Shown: positions 54,041-63,945, numbered from the stretch's first letter. The stretch is DNA of 64,000 bases from Pelagibacteraceae bacterium AG-390-A02 (GCA_003278165.1 QCGU01000002.1:2033-66032); one strand, 5' to 3'. Made by a program: numbers and translations. Notes: generated from the sequence alone by a model not told the origin.

Positions 54041-54650
54041 TCATTTTATTTAAAAAAAATTCTATTTTGGATAAGTCTTTTAATCCAGATGTTTCTACGC
54101 CACCAGATAAATCTATAAAATTTGTTAAATTTTTGAAATTTTTAAGTTCATCATTGTATTGAATATTTCCAGCAATCATTAATTCATTATTTAACTTGAT
54201 ATTTTTAATCAAGCCATGATCAAAAGACTGACTTTTCTCATAGCCCTTGCTGTCAAATAGATATATGTCAGTAACATCAGAATATAATTTATAATTGGCT
54301 AAATCAGATTTTGCTTTGATTGTAAAAGCTGTAATAATTTTCTTATGATATTTTTCTCTTATTTCTTTTATTTCTCCTGGTGTGCAATCATACAACTGAT
54401 AGTAATCAAATGGTAAGTGTTTTATTTTCTCTAAAATTTCTATATTTGGTTTAACTAGAACGGCAACATAGTAACTTTGTTTTGGACTAACACTTAAAAG
54501 TTCTTTTAAATTTTCATATTCAACATATCTAGAACTTTTTGGATAGTTACAAATAAATCCTATAAATGTCGGTGGGTAAGAGTGATTAATTAAAAAATTT
54601 AAAGTATTTAGGTCTGAAATCCCACAAATTTTACAACCTTTGATCATCAA
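54018..54650 (-). CDS. trpF: Phosphoribosylanthranilate isomerase
   Basis: KICGI, GFI..PKSSRY, LFDS, IAG, DLSGGVE. Confidence 0.92.
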   Translation of the reverse strand: MMIKGCKICGISDLNTLNFLINHSYPPTFIGFICNYPKSSRYVEYENLKELLSVSPKQSYYVAVLVKPNIEILEKIKHLPFDYYQLYDCTPGEIKEIREKYHKKIITAFTIKAKSDLANYKLYSDVTDIYLFDSKGYEKSQSFDHGLIKNIKLNNELMIAGNIQYNDELKNFKNLTNFIDLSGGVETSGLKDLSKIEFFLNKMNEIKNEA

Positions 54651-55336
54651 TTCAAATGATCAATTAATTTTTTAATATTATTTTTAATATTCCCTTGTGT
54701 AATAGATCTTCCGATTACAACCCCCGAAACTTTATTTTGGAATGCATCTTTTGGTGTCATTACTCTAGCTTGATCATTCAAATTATCACCTGGCATTCTT
54801 ATACCAGGTGTAATGATTAAAAAATTTTTGTATTTTTTTCTGATCATTTTTGCTTCTTTTGCAGAACAAACTATCCCATCACATCCTGATTTTTTAACAA
54901 CACCTGCTTGCTTTAAAACTATTTGTTCAACTGTTTTAGTATGACCAATTTCTTTTAAAGATTTATTGTTAAGACTAGTTAACACAGTAACTCCGAGTAC
55001 TTTTAAATTTTTATTAATTTGTTTAGTTTTTTCCTTGATAGCTTTAAGCATATTAAGTCCACCATTTGCGTGAACTGTAATATATTTACATTTTTTCAGA
55101 TCTTTTAGACTATCAACTGCAGATAGAGCTGTTTGTGGAATATCATTAATTTTTAAATCTAACCAAAAATCTGATTTGTATTTTTCTAAAAAATTTCTTC
55201 CATTTTTAGAATAAAAAAACTGTAACCCAAATTTTGGAATAATTTTTAATTTTTTTGTATTAATATTTTTAAGAATTTTTTTTATTTGATTTAAATTTGA
55301 AGTATCACATGCTACAAATATAGTTTTATTCTTCAT
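54647..55336 (-). CDS. pyrF: Orotidine 5'-phosphate decarboxylase
   Basis: DLKINDIPQT, TVHA.GG, VTVLTS, TPGIR, DQ.R..TP, IGRSI. Confidence 0.95.
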   Translation of the reverse strand: MKNKTIFVACDTSNLNQIKKILKNINTKKLKIIPKFGLQFFYSKNGRNFLEKYKSDFWLDLKINDIPQTALSAVDSLKDLKKCKYITVHANGGLNMLKAIKEKTKQINKNLKVLGVTVLTSLNNKSLKEIGHTKTVEQIVLKQAGVVKKSGCDGIVCSAKEAKMIRKKYKNFLIITPGIRMPGDNLNDQARVMTPKDAFQNKVSGVVIGRSITQGNIKNNIKKLIDHLN

Positions 55337-55616
55337 TATTGATCTTTTTAAACATTTCCTTGCTCATTTTCCATGATATTACTTTCTTTTCAGGAACTGC
55401 AACTTTTTCGCCAGTTTTTGGATTTCTTCTAATGGAGGCTTTTTGAGTTTTAACTCTAAATGTACCAAAATTTCTTAATTCAACTCCGTCTCCTCTACGA
55501 AGTGACCTTTTTATTTCATTTAAAATTATATCAGTAAATTTCTCTAAATCTTTTTTTAAGAAATTTGGGTAATTTTGAGAGAGTTGTTTTAAAAGCTTTG
55601 ATTTTACAATAGCCAA
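55326..55616 (-). CDS. ihfB: Integration host factor beta subunit
   Basis: KS.L, VELRNFGTF, RRNPKTGEKV; follows rpsA. Confidence 0.88.
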   Translation of the reverse strand: MAIVKSKLLKQLSQNYPNFLKKDLEKFTDIILNEIKRSLRRGDGVELRNFGTFRVKTQKASIRRNPKTGEKVAVPEKKVISWKMSKEMFKKINNEE

Positions 55617-55632
55617 TTTATAACTTCTTCAA

Positions 55633-57360
55633 TTATTCTTTCTCTTCTTCTTTTTTCTTTAAATCCTCAGATAATGATGAAAAAGGTAGATTTTTACCAG
55701 AACCTTCAGATCCATATTTTTCAAGAGCTTCTTTTTTTTCAATTTCTTCAAGCAATTTAATGCTTAATGTTACTTTTCTCTTATTCATATCTAAATCTGC
55801 AATTGCACAGTCTAATTTTTCACCACCTGTCCATCTACTTGGTCTAGCATCAGCAGCATTAATTGCTATTGCAGATTTTTTAATTTGGAAATCCATTTCA
55901 CAACCTTCTGGTCTTACTATAAGTCCTTTGTTATCAGTTGAAACAACTTTAACAGTTATTGTTTGATTTTTTGACTTACCATTAAACCAGTCAAATGGAT
56001 CTGCTTGTGTTTGTCTTAAACCTACTCTAATTTTTTGCTCAGAGGATTTAATTTCTAATACCTTAACTTTTAACTTGTCACCTTTTTTATACTTAGTCAG
56101 TTCTTCTTCACCATTATTTAAATATGTTAAATCATTACAATGTAAAAAAGCATCAATATCTAAATCTGCGATTTTAACAAATAAAGAATACTCATTTTTA
56201 TTTACAACTTCTCCTTCAACAATGGAATCAACTGGGTATTTATTCTTAAAAGTTTCGAAGGGATTATCTTGAGTCAATCTATGAGATATTGCAACACGTC
56301 TCTTTTCTTTATCAATTTCAGTTATTACACAATCTATCACATCACCAATTTTAAATAATTTTTTTGCTGAAATATTTTTTTTGGTCCAGCTTAATTCACT
56401 TGAGTGGAGCAATGTTGTTAAACCTGGTTCAAGTTCACAAAAAGCACCAAAGTCCATTAATTTTACAACTTTAACTTTATAGATTTTGTTTAATTCATAA
56501 TTTTCTATATGTTCAAAAGGATCTGGTGATAATTGTTTTACCGAACATCCAACTTGTAATTTTTCTTTATCAACACTGATAACTTTCAGATCATGCTTTT
56601 CACCTATATTGAACACTTCATCAGGATGATTGACTCTTGAATAAGAAATTTCTTGTAAGTGCACCAATACATCTAATTCACCATTAACATTAAAGAAACA
56701 GCCAAAAGAGCTATAACCTTTTACTTCTGCACCTTTTATAATGTCACCGACTTTAAATTTGTCTATTATTTTTGCTTTATCCTCTTTTTTAAATGATGAA
56801 ATAATTTCTCTTCTTGATACACATGCGTTTCCTCTTACTTTATCTAATTTTATAAGTGCAAATTTTTGTGGCTCGTTCATTAAATGACTAATATCTTTAA
56901 GCGGTTTATCACTGATCTGTGAACCAGGTAAAAACATTAGTGAACCTGTATCTATATGTTCGACGATACACCCGCCTTTGCATTTAGATGTGATTTTTCC
57001 CATGATAGGTTCATTTTTTTCATATGCCTCAACTAATTTATCCCATCCTTTAATTTTTTGAGCTTTACTAGCTGAAACCAAAACCTCACCATGTTTATCT
57101 TCTATTTTTTCAAGTAAAACTGGAATAGTTTCACCAACTTTAATTTTTTCTGAAAGACCCATGCTCTTTAGTTCATTAATATCAAGAACTGGTTCTGATT
57201 TTAGACCTTCAACAAATAAAAAAACAAATTTTTCAGTAATTTTATTTATTTTTCCATCAATTATCTTACCTTCTTCTATTTGAACTTTTGAAAGCTGGCT
57301 GTTTAATAGTTTTTCGAATTCTTGTGATGCTGGATTTGATAAGTCTTTATAAATTTCCAT
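55633..57360 (-). CDS. rpsA: 30S ribosomal protein S1
   Basis: Repeated S1 domains (FLPGSQI, VH..EISY.RV.HP, LLH.SELSW). Start ATG 57360 overlaps the cmk stop (TAATG); the track start at 57408 lies within cmk. Confidence 0.95.
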   Translation of the reverse strand: MEIYKDLSNPASQEFEKLLNSQLSKVQIEEGKIIDGKINKITEKFVFLFVEGLKSEPVLDINELKSMGLSEKIKVGETIPVLLEKIEDKHGEVLVSASKAQKIKGWDKLVEAYEKNEPIMGKITSKCKGGCIVEHIDTGSLMFLPGSQISDKPLKDISHLMNEPQKFALIKLDKVRGNACVSRREIISSFKKEDKAKIIDKFKVGDIIKGAEVKGYSSFGCFFNVNGELDVLVHLQEISYSRVNHPDEVFNIGEKHDLKVISVDKEKLQVGCSVKQLSPDPFEHIENYELNKIYKVKVVKLMDFGAFCELEPGLTTLLHSSELSWTKKNISAKKLFKIGDVIDCVITEIDKEKRRVAISHRLTQDNPFETFKNKYPVDSIVEGEVVNKNEYSLFVKIADLDIDAFLHCNDLTYLNNGEEELTKYKKGDKLKVKVLEIKSSEQKIRVGLRQTQADPFDWFNGKSKNQTITVKVVSTDNKGLIVRPEGCEMDFQIKKSAIAINAADARPSRWTGGEKLDCAIADLDMNKRKVTLSIKLLEEIEKKEALEKYGSEGSGKNLPFSSLSEDLKKKEEEKE

Positions 57361-58016
57361 TAAATATTTATTTTCCTGTCTATTATTTTTTTTATTTTTA
57401 AAAAACATGACCTTTTATTAAGGTTTGTCGTATTAATCAATAGTGAATCTTTTGTTTTCTTTAAAGGGGAGATTTTTCTATTTAAATCACTTTTATCACG
57501 GTTTTTGATACTTTTTAAGACTTCTGGATAAGTTATTTTTTTTTTCAACCGTTTTAATTCCTTAAATCTCCTGAATGCTCTAATTTTTACGTTTGCAGTT
57601 ACATAGAATTTAAAGTCAGCATCAGGAATAATATTGTATGTGATATCTCTGCCATCTAAACAAGAACCTTCATATTTTTTTGGAGGATTGTAAGCAAATT
57701 TGATTTGAAAAGAATGGACCATTTTCCTTATAGATTTACTTTTAGAAATTATGGACGCTTCAGTTCCAACTTCATCAGACAATAAATAATTATCTGAAAG
57801 ATTTTTTACTTTTAGTAACTTTATTTTAGATTTTATAAATTTATTGTTAAATTTTTTTGGATATTTAATTTTTAGATAAGCAATAAATCTATAAATTTTT
57901 CCAGTATCAAGATAAAATAGATTATAATGTTTGGAAATAGCTTTTGCTAAAGTTCCAGCACCTGCAGCAGCAGGAGAGTCAATAGCAATTTTTAAGATGT
58001 TTTTTCTTTTAATCAT
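57360..58016 (-). CDS. cmk: Cytidylate kinase (P-loop lacks Lys)
   Basis: AID.PAA.G.GT, LDTG..YR, DGRDI...I.PDA..K, RD..D..R..SPL; aroA-cmk-rpsA synteny. Confidence 0.9.
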   Translation of the reverse strand: MIKRKNILKIAIDSPAAAGAGTLAKAISKHYNLFYLDTGKIYRFIAYLKIKYPKKFNNKFIKSKIKLLKVKNLSDNYLLSDEVGTEASIISKSKSIRKMVHSFQIKFAYNPPKKYEGSCLDGRDITYNIIPDADFKFYVTANVKIRAFRRFKELKRLKKKITYPEVLKSIKNRDKSDLNRKISPLKKTKDSLLINTTNLNKRSCFLKIKKIIDRKINI

Positions 58017-59338
58017 TTTTTTAAATCTTTAATAATTTTTAAAAAATTTGGAAACGAAGTATTGATTGAATCTTTATCATGAATGATCCATTTTCCACCA
58101 AAACTTAAGGCTGCAATCAAACTTGTCATAAAAACTCTATGATCTTTTAAATAATTTTTAATTATAATTTTTTTATCAAAATCTAAATTTAGGTCAGGAT
58201 TTCCGTAGATTTTAATTGAGTTATCTGTTGTGATTGTTTTTACTCCTAAATTAGCTAAAATTTTTTCAGCCCACTTTAACCTAGGGCTTTCTTTCTGGTT
58301 TAGTTCACCGAGATTTCTAAAAAAAGAAATACCATTTGCTTTTGCTGCAACTAAAAATATAACTAAAAATTCATCAATCGCACCACTATTTAATTCAGGA
58401 GGGCAGTTAATTGCTTTTATATTTTTTGCACTTATTACTTTAATATCAGCTTTTTTTTCACCTTTATAAGTTTTTTGATTTTTAAAAATTATTCTTACTC
58501 CCATTTTTTTTAAAATAGTTATGATTCCAATCCTTGATGGATTTATATTTACATTTTTAATTGTCAATTCTGAACTTTTAGACAGTGCTGTGAGGACAAT
58601 AAAAAATGCGCTTGAACTAATATCAGATGGAATGTTGTAATTTAAAGAGTTAATTTTTTTTACTTTTTTAATTTTAATTTCATCAAAATTTTTTTTATTT
58701 TTAATACTTATTGGTAATTTCAAATGTTTGCATAATAGCTCAGTATGGTCTCTTGATTTTTTTGCTTTAATTGTTGTTGTTCCATCAGTTCTCATTGCTG
58801 CAAAAATAACCGAACTTTTGCATTGAGCTGAACCTTTGCTTTCATTGTACTTAACTGGTTTTAGTTTCAATGATCCACAAATTTTTAATGGTAAAAATTT
58901 ATCATTATTCAATTTAAACTTAGCTCCAAATTTGCTTAGAGGTTCTGATACTCTTTTAAAATCTCTTTTTGATAAACTTTTATCTCCTACTAAATTTATC
59001 GGATTTGGAGAATTTACTAGTAGGCCAAGAATAAGTCTTCCCAGAGTACCTGAATTTTGAGCATCTATTGTGAGGTTTTTTTTATATTTATAGCCATCAA
59101 TTCCTCTTCCAAAAATTTTACATTCTTTTTTTTTTATAATTACTTTAATACCTAATTTTTTTACTGCTTCTATTGCGGCTAATACATCTTCAGACATTAA
59201 AAGATTTTTCGCTTTTGATGTACCTTCAGCTAATGAGGAAAAAAGTACCCACCTAATACTTAAGCTTTTATCACCAGGTACTGTAATAATTTTTTTAAAA
59301 TTACTAATTTTTTGATTTACAGAGATTATTTTTGACAT
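58013..59338 (-). CDS. aroA: 3-phosphoshikimate 1-carboxyvinyltransferase
   Basis: PGDKS, NSGT..RL, GD.SL..R, SAQ.KS, RDHTE, D.SS, IDE, KES.R, DHR. Confidence 0.95.
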   Translation of the reverse strand: MSKIISVNQKISNFKKIITVPGDKSLSIRWVLFSSLAEGTSKAKNLLMSEDVLAAIEAVKKLGIKVIIKKKECKIFGRGIDGYKYKKNLTIDAQNSGTLGRLILGLLVNSPNPINLVGDKSLSKRDFKRVSEPLSKFGAKFKLNNDKFLPLKICGSLKLKPVKYNESKGSAQCKSSVIFAAMRTDGTTTIKAKKSRDHTELLCKHLKLPISIKNKKNFDEIKIKKVKKINSLNYNIPSDISSSAFFIVLTALSKSSELTIKNVNINPSRIGIITILKKMGVRIIFKNQKTYKGEKKADIKVISAKNIKAINCPPELNSGAIDEFLVIFLVAAKANGISFFRNLGELNQKESPRLKWAEKILANLGVKTITTDNSIKIYGNPDLNLDFDKKIIIKNYLKDHRVFMTSLIAALSFGGKWIIHDKDSINTSFPNFLKIIKDLKK

Positions 59339-59344
59339 TTGTGA

Positions 59345-60121
59345 TTATTTAAAATTAAAGGACTCACCAAAGTAAGCACTTTTAGCTTCAATATTGTTAA
59401 CTAGTTCTGATGGAGAGCCTTCAGCTATTATTTTGCAATTACTCAAAATCATCGCAATATCAACACAAGCGAGTAAATCTCTCGCTTGATGATCACATAT
59501 GCAGATAGTAATTTTTTTTTCATTTTGTAAGTTAACAATAATTTCTTGTAACATTTTTATTGTTAAGACATCTAAGGCCGCAAAACATTCATCTAAAAGA
59601 AGGACACTTGGATCACTTAAAAGTGATAAAGCAATTACTAATTTTTTTTTTTGTCCACCCGAGAGAAATTTTGCCTTTATGTTCTTTAAGTTCTCTAATT
59701 CAAATTTAGTAATCAATTCATTTATTTTGGTCTCTTCAATATTTTTATTATTAATAACAATTTCAGCAATAGCTTTTAAATTTTGGTATAATGTTAGATC
59801 ACTAAAAAAACCTCCATATTGAGGAACATAACCAACTTTGAATTTTTTGGTTCGAAGGTAAATTGGAAAATCTACAACATTAGTGTTATTGATTTTTATC
59901 TTACCACTATCTGGCTTAATAAGACCTGTTATTAAATTGAAAATTGTTGATTTACCAACACCATTTGGTCCAAGCATCCCAAATATTTCACCTTCATTAA
60001 TCTTAAAATTGATATTATCTAAAATTAACCGATTTCCATAAGATAATGATACATTTTCAAAAGAGATAATCGAATTAGGTTGCTTGTATGATTTAATTCT
60101 AAATTTTTTTATAAGAGCCAT
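59345..60121 (-). CDS. lptB: LPS export ABC ATPase LptB
   Basis: GPNGVGKST Walker A, LSGG signature, LLLDE, DH switch, YFGE.F C-terminus; follows kdsD-lptC. Confidence 0.88.
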   Translation of the reverse strand: MALIKKFRIKSYKQPNSIISFENVSLSYGNRLILDNINFKINEGEIFGMLGPNGVGKSTIFNLITGLIKPDSGKIKINNTNVVDFPIYLRTKKFKVGYVPQYGGFFSDLTLYQNLKAIAEIVINNKNIEETKINELITKFELENLKNIKAKFLSGGQKKKLVIALSLLSDPSVLLLDECFAALDVLTIKMLQEIIVNLQNEKKITICICDHQARDLLACVDIAMILSNCKIIAEGSPSELVNNIEAKSAYFGESFNFK

Positions 60122-60700
60122 CTAATTTCGACTTTCTATATTCACTTTGTCTTCAGAATTGTGCATAAAAATTTTTGTATCTTTTGTAATTGTATCAAGT
60201 TGAACTACATCTGCTTTTAAAATATTATTAGGGTTTGTGTAAACTACATTTTTTGAAATAATCAATAAATTTTTCTTCATTGAAAAGTCTAAATAATCCC
60301 CTGTTATTGTATTATCTAGATATTGGATTTTAACGTTTTGCGAGAAAATTGTATCATAATTTATTGTATTATATTTCCCAAAATCAGAGACAACTGTAAT
60401 CGTCTCATTTTTTTCTATTAAATTGATGAAAGCTTTTACATTTTTTAAAAAGATAATGTCACTATTATCAAGATCTATTTCGCCTTCATCAGCCAAAATG
60501 ATATACTCGTTTCCTTTCAGGTCTTTAGAAGAATATTTAATATCTTTAATTATATTTGAATTTGTAGAACTCTCTTCTTCAACCTCTAAATTTATATTTT
60601 GATTATTTTTTTCTATTTGGAAATAATTTGAATAAATAAAAAAAAAACTTACAGCTAATATAATTATGAAAATAAAAACTTTATAATTTAAACTTTTCAT
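60122..60700 (-). CDS. lptC: LptC-like LPS export protein
   Basis: N-terminal TM followed by a beta-rich region (Y.S.D.KGNEY.I.A..G...I.L..V); kdsD-lptC synteny. Confidence 0.75.
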   Translation of the reverse strand: MKSLNYKVFIFIIILAVSFFFIYSNYFQIEKNNQNINLEVEEESSTNSNIIKDIKYSSKDLKGNEYIILADEGEIDLDNSDIIFLKNVKAFINLIEKNETITVVSDFGKYNTINYDTIFSQNVKIQYLDNTITGDYLDFSMKKNLLIISKNVVYTNPNNILKADVVQLDTITKDTKIFMHNSEDKVNIESRN

Positions 60701-61668
60701 TAACTAATGCTGGATTTTAACAGAGTATGAATATGAAGAATGCCGATAGTTTTAAGTTTATTTTTTTTATTATGTACACAAAGAGAAGTAATTTTTTTCT
60801 CATTCATCAAGCTTAATGCTTTTACTGCTAATGAGTCTTTATCAATACTAATTGGATTTTTTGTCATTATTTCTTTTGCAGATAAATTAAATAGATTTTC
60901 TTTTTTTTCATTGAATCTTCTAATTTGCCCATCCGTGATTATTCCTTTGGTCCTTCTTTGTTTGTCTTGAATAAGTAAAAATCCTAACTTTTTTCTACTA
61001 AGAATTTGTAAACCTTTTTTCATATTTAGACTTTCATTAATAAAAGGAATTTTATTTCCTGTTAACATAATATCTTCCACAGTTCTAAGTTGAGCACCAA
61101 GACTACCTGCAGGATGTAATTTTTTAAAATCTAATTTTCCAAATTTTTTATATTTCATTGAACAAATGGCCAGAGCATCACCCAAAGCAAGCTGAGAGGT
61201 TGTACTGGATGTTGGAATTATGTTTTCAGCTTCAATAACTTGAGGAATTAAAAGTTTTATATCAGCTGCTTTATATAATACTGAATCTTTTTTAGAAACT
61301 ATTCCTATCAAAAAAATTTTATTTCTGTTGGTAAATTGAATAATATTTTTTAGTTCATTTGTTTGTCCAGAATTACTAATTATTATCAAAATATCATTTT
61401 TTGATATCATTCCAAGGTCACCATGAGAAGCTTCACTAGCAGCAAGACTAAATGATGGAGTTCCTACAGAAGCAAGAGTTGCTGCAATTTTAGATGCTAT
61501 TAAACCACTCTTACCTACTCCACACAAAATTACTTTTGATTGGCATTTTGCTATTTTTATTACTGCTTCACTAAAAGAGCTGTTAATACTTTTTTTTAAT
61601 TTTTGAAGAGCTTTGATTTCTAGATTTATTACATTATTTGCTTCATTTATAAATTTTTTTTTATTCAT
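60700..61668 (-). CDS. kdsD: Arabinose-5-phosphate isomerase (KpsF/GutQ family; SIS plus CBS domains)
   Basis: GVGKSG.IA.KIAAT..S.GTP, HGDLG, PTSST...LALGDALA, HPAG.LG, CBS pair. Confidence 0.94.
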   Translation of the reverse strand: MNKKKFINEANNVINLEIKALQKLKKSINSSFSEAVIKIAKCQSKVILCGVGKSGLIASKIAATLASVGTPSFSLAASEASHGDLGMISKNDILIIISNSGQTNELKNIIQFTNRNKIFLIGIVSKKDSVLYKAADIKLLIPQVIEAENIIPTSSTTSQLALGDALAICSMKYKKFGKLDFKKLHPAGSLGAQLRTVEDIMLTGNKIPFINESLNMKKGLQILSRKKLGFLLIQDKQRRTKGIITDGQIRRFNEKKENLFNLSAKEIMTKNPISIDKDSLAVKALSLMNEKKITSLCVHNKKNKLKTIGILHIHTLLKSSIS

Positions 61669-62279
61669 TAGTGCGACCAGATATCATCTCTAAATAATGC
61701 AAGATCAAGTTCAACCCTTGTTTTTAAAAATTTAAGACAATCTTCATAAAGTTGTATTCTATTTTCTCTTTCCAATATTTTTTTCAATTCATCATGTATT
61801 TGATGTAAATATATTACATCGTTTGCACAGTACTTAAGTTGCGCTGGTGTTAACTTACCTCCAAAATCTGAATTTTGAAATTGTTTACTAATATCTATAT
61901 TTACAAACTCTTTAATTAAAGTTTTTAATGAATGATTGTCAGAATAAGATCTTGCAAGTTTTGATGCAATTTTTGTATCTAAAATATTCTTAGTGTCTGT
62001 TTTTAAATAATATTTAATATGAGCCATATCTGCACGTCCATAATGAAAAATTTTTATAATGTTTTCGTCACTTAATAGTTTGACTAAATTAGGTGCTTGA
62101 TAATTTTCTCTATCAAATTGAACTATATGAGCATCTGAGTTACCTGAGGATACTTGAATTAAGCACAATGGATCACGTCTGACATTTAGACCCATGAATT
62201 CACCATCTACGGCAATTATATTGCCTAAATTTAAATCATCTGGTAGATCATTTTTGTGAAGTTGAATATTATTACTCAT
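61668..62279 (-). CDS. nrnC: RNase D-like DEDDy exonuclease, NanoRNase C type
   Basis: H..DLP, AVD.E.MGL..RRD.LCL.Q, APNL..LL, KIFH..R.D, TKIASKLAR.Y...H.LK, SK..Q.SD, Y.A.DV.YLH; about 200 aa, next to kdsD. Alternative start 62288. Confidence 0.82.
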   Translation of the reverse strand: MSNNIQLHKNDLPDDLNLGNIIAVDGEFMGLNVRRDPLCLIQVSSGNSDAHIVQFDRENYQAPNLVKLLSDENIIKIFHYGRADMAHIKYYLKTDTKNILDTKIASKLARSYSDNHSLKTLIKEFVNIDISKQFQNSDFGGKLTPAQLKYCANDVIYLHQIHDELKKILERENRIQLYEDCLKFLKTRVELDLALFRDDIWSH

Positions 62280-62294
62280 TTTTAACATATATAT

Positions 62295-63278
62295 ATGAAA
62301 GCAAAAAATTGTCTAATTTTTGGTGGAAGTGGTCAAATTGGTAGAAATTTAATCCGGAAGCTCACAAAGAAGAATTATCAAGTAACTGTTGTCACAAGAA
62401 ATATTCATCAAAAAAGCTACATCATTAAAACTCAAGCAAATGCCGGTTACATAGATATTGTTGAGTCAAATATTTTTGAAGAACAGAAACTTAGAAAGCT
62501 TTTTGAAAAATCAGATGTATGTATTAATTTAATCGGCATATTGTTTGAGTCTAAAAATGGAAATACATTTAAAAATATTCATACTATTTTTCCGTCATTA
62601 TTATCTAAACTTTCAAAAGAATACAAACTTAAACATTTTATTCATCTATCAGCACTTGGAATAAGTGAGGCTACAGACTCTGATTATGCTAAAAGTAAAT
62701 TGGAAGGTGAGGAAAGAATATTAAAAAATTTTCCTTTAGCCACAATTATAAGACCATCAATTGTTTATTCAGTAGATGATAATTTTACGACAAATTTTAT
62801 GACTCTTTTGAATAGATTACCAGTATTTCCACTTTATTATGAAGGCAAAACTAAGTTTGCACCAATTCATTGTTCTGACTTAACAGATATTATTTTAAAT
62901 GTAATATCAAATAATGTTAATTCCAAAATAATTGAATGTGTTGGTCCAGAAATAATTTCATTTAAAGAATTATTAGAAAAATTATTAAATTTAATTGGAA
63001 AGAAAAGATTGTTAATTCCAATGCCTTTACCAATAGCACAAATGTCAGCAAGATTTTTCGAAATAATGCCAAAGCCAATTTTGACTAGAGATCAATTGAA
63101 ACTTCTAAAATATGATAACGTTTTATCTGGCAAATATAAATCAAACTCAGACATAGGAGTTCCAAGTTTAAGATACTTCAATGAAGAAGTTAAAAAATAT
63201 TGCTATATGTGGAGGGAAGGTGGTCAATTTTCCACAGAAAAATATAATTCAGATAATATTGATATTAAAACAAATTAA
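62295..63278 (+). CDS. NAD(P)-binding SDR, complex I NDUFA9 subunit family
   Basis: GGSGQIG Rossmann motif, INLIGILFE, SALG, YAKSK, IRPS. Confidence 0.88.
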   Translation: MKAKNCLIFGGSGQIGRNLIRKLTKKNYQVTVVTRNIHQKSYIIKTQANAGYIDIVESNIFEEQKLRKLFEKSDVCINLIGILFESKNGNTFKNIHTIFPSLLSKLSKEYKLKHFIHLSALGISEATDSDYAKSKLEGEERILKNFPLATIIRPSIVYSVDDNFTTNFMTLLNRLPVFPLYYEGKTKFAPIHCSDLTDIILNVISNNVNSKIIECVGPEIISFKELLEKLLNLIGKKRLLIPMPLPIAQMSARFFEIMPKPILTRDQLKLLKYDNVLSGKYKSNSDIGVPSLRYFNEEVKKYCYMWREGGQFSTEKYNSDNIDIKTN

Positions 63279-63282
63279 AAAT

Positions 63283-63777
63283 TTAAGCAGATTGAATTTT
63301 CTTTTCAATAAATTCTGGAACTTCTTCTTTTTCTGTAACTTCCTCTTTTTTACCTTTTGGCTGATAAGCATAAAGTAAATGAAGCTTACAATAAGAAAAA
63401 TCCTTTAAGGAAGATCTACCACAAAAATAAAATGATTTTTCATCTGGATGACCTATAGGCCATTTACATGAACTTTCGTCAAGCTCTTCTAATTGTTTAG
63501 GATTTTCTGGTTCGAAATCTTTTTCAATAATTAATGATTTAAATTTGCTCTTACGACCTCTTCGAGATTTTGCATTATTTTCCTCAATGGAATTTTCAAA
63601 ATTTTTATTTGATGTTGCAGTTCTTGTTTTAATTTTTGCAGAAAGATTTAATCTATGAGCTTTTCCAATGACTGCATTACGACTTATGCCTCCTATAATC
63701 TCAGCTATTTGACTGGCCGTGTTACCTTTGCCCCATAATTCCTTTAATTTTGAAACTTTTTCTTCAGTCCAACTCAT
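63283..63777 (-). CDS. gcrA: GcrA cell-cycle regulator
   Basis: MSWTEEKV..LKELW..G.TASQIA..IGGISRNAVIGKAHRL and CKWPIG.P....F.FCG.......YC..H. Confidence 0.96.
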   Translation of the reverse strand: MSWTEEKVSKLKELWGKGNTASQIAEIIGGISRNAVIGKAHRLNLSAKIKTRTATSNKNFENSIEENNAKSRRGRKSKFKSLIIEKDFEPENPKQLEELDESSCKWPIGHPDEKSFYFCGRSSLKDFSYCKLHLLYAYQPKGKKEEVTEKEEVPEFIEKKIQSA

Positions 63778-63945
63778 ATCTATATGTTGTGTTTAATATT
63801 TATAAATAGACAATATACTGTTATTAATTTAAATGAAACAATCAAAAAGTTAGAGTTATCAACAATAAACCCAACCTAAATGTACTAAGGTTTTCAATCA
63901 TAACTTGTATCTATAAAATAAAATTTATAAAAACAAATTTAATTT

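Noticed and set aside
63784-63879. 31-codon plus-strand ORF upstream of argD as a possible Arg leader peptide
   Set aside because: Only one Arg codon, no attenuator structure, and it starts inside the presumed gcrA promoter region.
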